A program made the position numbers and the translations under genes. The notes beneath the pieces are model-generated. The model was not told the DNA's origin, searched no databases, and saw only the letters and a program-made list of their open reading frames with translations. A DNA stretch of 64,000 nucleotides from a bacterium (GTDB taxonomy: Bacteria; Verrucomicrobiota; Kiritimatiellia; CAIKKV01; CAITUY01). Location of the stretch: NCBI GenBank assembly GCA_037132275.1, contig JBAXPK010000005.1, positions 3,122-67,121 on the forward strand, read 5' to 3'. Below, in pieces: positions 60,820 through 64,000 of the stretch (position 1 is its first letter; each line of letters starts with the position of its first letter).

Positions 60820-63800
60820 ATGATGATCGTATGGATCGTTTGCCTGGCCATGCTGGCCGCCCCCTTCTCCCGTGCCGACGGCTTTCTAAGCCAGGCTTCC
60901 CAGCGCGGTGTTTTTCAGATCGCTGGCGCTCAAGCCACGCTCCTTCAATCCAATCAGACGTGGCAGTTGCGGTTTTCCCTGCCCCCCGGTGCGGCGGCGG
61001 GAGTGTGGGCGAAATACGGGCACGCCGATGGTCTTCCCGCGCAGGCACAGGCTCTGCGCTATGATTTTGAACTGGCGCCTGAAACGCCGGTTCCGCTTTC
61101 CGTGAGTTGGGAGATAAAGGGCGAATCGGGTGTCCAAGCCGTTCCTCTGGTCCTGCGCGCGAGAAGCGGACGAGGGGAAGTCTTTCTCGATGAGTCACGC
61201 CTTGGCGTTTGGCACGAAACGGTGCTGGTGGTGGCCCATCCCGGCGGTGTCGCCAACCTTTCCGGGCAACTCGATATCAGGGCGGAGTTTGTGCAGTGGG
61301 CTCCGTGGCGTCGGGTCGTTTTCAGCCCCTGGGGCCGCTGGCTCGGTCTGCTGGTTGCCGCGTTTCTGTCGGCGGCCGTGGCCGGCAGGGCATGCCGAAG
61401 ACCGGTAAGGGTGGCGATGACGGGATGGGCTCGTGATCTGGCCGCAGGCTTTGCCTGCGTCCTGGGCGTGGGGTCGGTCTTGGCCATTTTGGGAACGGCG
61501 GAGACAAGTCCGGGCCGGTTCCCATTCACTCCCATGCTGGCCGCGCTGGCGGGCGCGTGGATGGCGGGGATATTCACCCGCCTTTGGGCCGGTCGTGGCC
61601 CGACGGTCTCGGAAACTTTCCAGCATGCCTTGCTTCCCGGTGTTCTGGCGATGGCGGCCGGTGATGTGGCTATTTGGACTGCGGCTGGCCAATGGACAGC
61701 TTTGGGCCAGATGACCCGTTTGGGCGCTGTCGTGTTCTGGGCGCTGTATCATGTTGCGAATGCGCGTCGTCTGGCCACGGCGCGGCGGCCGCTGGAAGCC
61801 GCCGTGGGGGCGCGGATGGTGGCGATCCCCTTTATATTCGGCATTCTGCTCCTGCTGCCGAATCGCGACTTGATGCTGCAAGCCGGCGCGATTCTCGTGC
61901 CCCGCGCTTGGGCGGCACCGGAACTTCTGGTGTTCACGGGGCGGGCTCTGATATTGGTGGTTTTTAATCTGGCGGCAGCGTTGGCGTGTGGCGGACGATG
62001 GACTGTAGGACATATCAAAGTGTTGATCCCGGTCGCGGTGGCCGCCGTGGGTTCGCCCCTGATCGCCAATGCAGGGTCAGGGACGTTCGCCGTGCCGGCC
62101 TTATTGCAGCCGCTGGTTGCCATCGTTGCCACGATGCTCTCGCAAGGTCTTCTATGGGCCGAGGCTTACCTGTTAACCGGCATGATGCTGGATGCGATGC
62201 ACGGCAGGCAGTTTCAGAGTACGACGCTGTCTGATTATGCGCGGAAGGGATTGCGTAACGGCGTGGTGTTCAGCGGCTGGTTCATGGGTTTGTTGCATGC
62301 GGGCCTTTTACTTTATAGCTCCCCGCTCTGGATACAGGCCTATAAGACTGCTCCACTTCTGGCATGGGCCTGTCTCGGTGCCATGATTTTCCCGCTCATC
62401 AAAACTATCATTGAAAGTTTCGATGGAAGCCCTGCCTTTGACCAGCGGTTGCTCCGCAATTACCGCCGACCCACCCTGGCGCTCAGGGGCGCTATCGCCG
62501 GTGCCTGCATGGCTTGGGCTTGGAACCATCACTTTATTGAATGGACGCTGCCGGATCGAGCGGGATGGGGGTTTGCGGCGGGCGTGGCGATTTATGCCGG
62601 GATGAGTTGGGTGAGCGACGCCGCACGGGCGGTGACCGGGCATGGACGAGTGGCTGGCTGGCGACTCTATGCGGTAGAGGCGTTGCTGGGCGGGATGGTG
62701 GGTGCGGCCTTGGGATTTTATTTCGATGCGTCCCAAACGCCGGTGGTGGCGAATAAACTAACGGTTTATCTGGGTTTCGGGTTGCCCCCGTTGCCCTACG
62801 ATGTCACGCCGCTGTTGAGCCGCTGGGGGTTGCTCAGTCTCGGCCATTACACCGGGGGGGCGCGGCTATTATGGAACGAGGCGTTGGCGGGCGTTATTTC
62901 GTGGGGTGTGGCGGCATGGCTGTTCGCGCTTAACAAGTCGTTCCTGATGGCCTTGTTTCAACGGGAGTGGGCGCCTGTCCGCCGCCTGTTCTCCCGGGAT
63001 GGCATGGCGGAGTTGGCGGATGGCACGATCTTCGTCCTGCGCTGGGGATTATGGATGGCCCCGATCATCTTCACGTTTCTCCGCCAGATGTCGGTGCCCA
63101 CCTGGTACAATCAGGATGGCGCGATTCACACACTCTGTTGCATCGTACAAAACGGGTTTTCGGATGCCCATGCCTTTGAAGCGTGGAGCCTGAAGGTGTT
63201 CATGTGGGTGCTGGCATACGATGCTTTCCGCACGCTGATCTGGCTGGACCACATGGGTTTACGGGTGGCCACGCTGGTCAATCTCAGCTTTCTCGGCATG
63301 GACCGTCTTGATGATCGTGTGGCCCGTTTTCTGGGGCCCCATGCCGCTGCCCGTTTCATTCCCGAGGGAATCAAGCGCTTCACTACCTGGGCTCCATTGC
63401 TGCTGCCGTTCTATATTCCCGCCGGTGCGGCGTGGAATCAGGTGTGGGATGAATCGAAAGCCGTTCAATTGGCTACCGCACCCTGGATTGAGCGGGTATG
63501 GGCGCAATCCCTGGCCTGGGGTGTGAGCGAGGCGGTAGGGCTGTTGCTGGGGGTGACTCTGATCGCGGCTTTGGTACGGCAGCGGGGGCGGCGGGGCGGG
63601 GCGGCCGCGGTGGAATTGCGGAATAGCGTCTATGCGTTTTCCCTGCAACCCGGTGGGGCGCCCCGCGCCGAGTTCCTGCCGCAACGGTTAGATGTCCACC
63701 GCCGTTCGTATGAGGGACGGGACCCCGCGGGCCGCGCCTTGTTTCTGGCCGAGGCCGATCCGGTGCAGGCCGGGCGATGGAACGTCTGGCCGGTGCTGGG

Positions 63801-64000
63801 GAACTTCCCCGCCGAAATCGGGCCGCAACCCACCGTGGTGGCGGAAGGGGATGGTCTGAGGGCGAAGCACAACCTTGCCGGCATCGAAACGGATATTCAT
63901 ATCGCGTTGCCCGAGGCGGGACTGGCGCTTGAGGCTTGGACAGTGACGCTGCGCAATACCGGATCCCAGGCCCGTTCATTGTGCATGGCCCCCTATGTCG
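60820..64000 (+). CDS. 5'-complete, 3'-truncated ORF of more than 1060 aa, absent from the supplied ORF track: signal peptide + large polytopic membrane domain (~900 aa) + beginning of a GH94-like glycoside-phosphorylase domain (continues beyond the window)
   Basis: Translated manually codon by codon in frame 1 from the ATG at 60820 ('MMIVWIVCLAMLAAPFSRADG...') to position 64000 with no stop. An in-frame TAG at 60805 closes the frame upstream. The last ~100 aa ('GIETDIHIALPEAGLALEAWTVTLRNTGSQARSLCMAPYV') align with the GH94 N-terminal region of the gene at 10641 ('GIRADVTYLAPLEDDVLLWSVRLTNNSRSPRRLKLTSYME'). Confidence 0.65.
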   Translation, partial: MMIVWIVCLAMLAAPFSRADGFLSQASQRGVFQIAGAQATLLQSNQTWQLRFSLPPGAAAGVWAKYGHADGLPAQAQALRYDFELAPETPVPLSVSWEIKGESGVQAVPLVLRARSGRGEVFLDESRLGVWHETVLVVAHPGGVANLSGQLDIRAEFVQWAPWRRVVFSPWGRWLGLLVAAFLSAAVAGRACRRPVRVAMTGWARDLAAGFACVLGVGSVLAILGTAETSPGRFPFTPMLAALAGAWMAGIFTRLWAGRGPTVSETFQHALLPGVLAMAAGDVAIWTAAGQWTALGQMTRLGAVVFWALYHVANARRLATARRPLEAAVGARMVAIPFIFGILLLLPNRDLMLQAGAILVPRAWAAPELLVFTGRALILVVFNLAAALACGGRWTVGHIKVLIPVAVAAVGSPLIANAGSGTFAVPALLQPLVAIVATMLSQGLLWAEAYLLTGMMLDAMHGRQFQSTTLSDYARKGLRNGVVFSGWFMGLLHAGLLLYSSPLWIQAYKTAPLLAWACLGAMIFPLIKTIIESFDGSPAFDQRLLRNYRRPTLALRGAIAGACMAWAWNHHFIEWTLPDRAGWGFAAGVAIYAGMSWVSDAARAVTGHGRVAGWRLYAVEALLGGMVGAALGFYFDASQTPVVANKLTVYLGFGLPPLPYDVTPLLSRWGLLSLGHYTGGARLLWNEALAGVISWGVAAWLFALNKSFLMALFQREWAPVRRLFSRDGMAELADGTIFVLRWGLWMAPIIFTFLRQMSVPTWYNQDGAIHTLCCIVQNGFSDAHAFEAWSLKVFMWVLAYDAFRTLIWLDHMGLRVATLVNLSFLGMDRLDDRVARFLGPHAAARFIPEGIKRFTTWAPLLLPFYIPAGAAWNQVWDESKAVQLATAPWIERVWAQSLAWGVSEAVGLLLGVTLIAALVRQRGRRGGAAAVELRNSVYAFSLQPGGAPRAEFLPQRLDVHRRSYEGRDPAGRALFLAEADPVQAGRWNVWPVLGNFPAEIGPQPTVVAEGDGLRAKHNLAGIETDIHIALPEAGLALEAWTVTLRNTGSQARSLCMAPYV

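Noticed and set aside
60783-61064. Short plus-strand ORFs listed by the track across 60.8-63.5 kb (for example 60783..61064, 61433..61714, 62967..63179)
   Set aside because: They are out-of-frame fragments inside the single long frame-1 ORF (60820 to window end) that the track missed.

Overview
This is a 64-kb, GC-rich (roughly 60% by eye) bacterial chromosomal window, densely coding on both strands. I found no rRNA, tRNA, CRISPR array, IS element or prophage; tRNA inspection was by eye on the non-coding stretches only. Taxon cannot be assigned from sequence alone. The gene content (many intracellular glycoside hydrolases, a DUF2723/PMT-like giant membrane protein, an OlsF-like acyltransferase) is reminiscent of a glycan-degrading PVC-superphylum- or Bacteroidota-like organism (low confidence). 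Layout:
(1) 1-13 kb: an intracellular N-glycan/mannoside catabolic gene set. It holds a GH38-like C-terminal fragment, a PfkB kinase, a GH29 fucosidase, a GH2 beta-mannosidase, an unknown minus-strand gene, two unassigned GH-like proteins and a GH94 phosphorylase.
(2) 13-21.3 kb: a 1080-aa GT-C/PMT-like (DUF2723) membrane protein with C-terminal TPRs. It is divergent from a tightly coupled 5-gene operon: ACP, a condensation/PapA-like acyltransferase, an FAD oxidoreductase, an acyl-AMP/CoA ligase and a SAM methyltransferase.
(3) 21.3-33.4 kb: an XRE regulator, an ABC importer lacking a substrate-binding protein, orphan rfbC, a membrane metallophosphoesterase, a TetR-controlled RND efflux operon (TetR-OMF-MFP-RND) and a secreted MsrB.
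(4) 33.4-40.5 kb: parE-like, a 1059-aa hybrid sensor kinase, then parC-like, with overlapping stop/start codons.
(5) 40.5-54.6 kb: a Gfo/Idh/MocA oxidoreductase, a sugar-phosphate isomerase and PiT plus DUF47 (PhoU-like). These are followed by a candidate phosphate-starvation membrane-lipid remodelling island. The island holds a PHP-phosphoesterase::GT4 fusion, an unknown 572-aa protein, an OlsF-like bifunctional acyltransferase, a small membrane protein and a GT28 MGDG-synthase-like enzyme. phoB/phoR follow directly.
(6) 54.6-60.8 kb: thiL, tsaE, serS, tilS, a secreted lysine-rich protein and an MscS channel with a cNMP-binding domain.
(7) 60.8-64.0 kb: an ORF of more than 1060 aa that is absent from the supplied ORF track because it runs off the window end. 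It has a signal peptide, a large polytopic membrane domain and the start of a GH94-like domain.
A family of heptanucleotide tandem repeats (GTGAGAC-type at three sites; CTGAACA-type at one) sits precisely at gene junctions. Each unit carries a stop codon, so an array places stops in all three frames.
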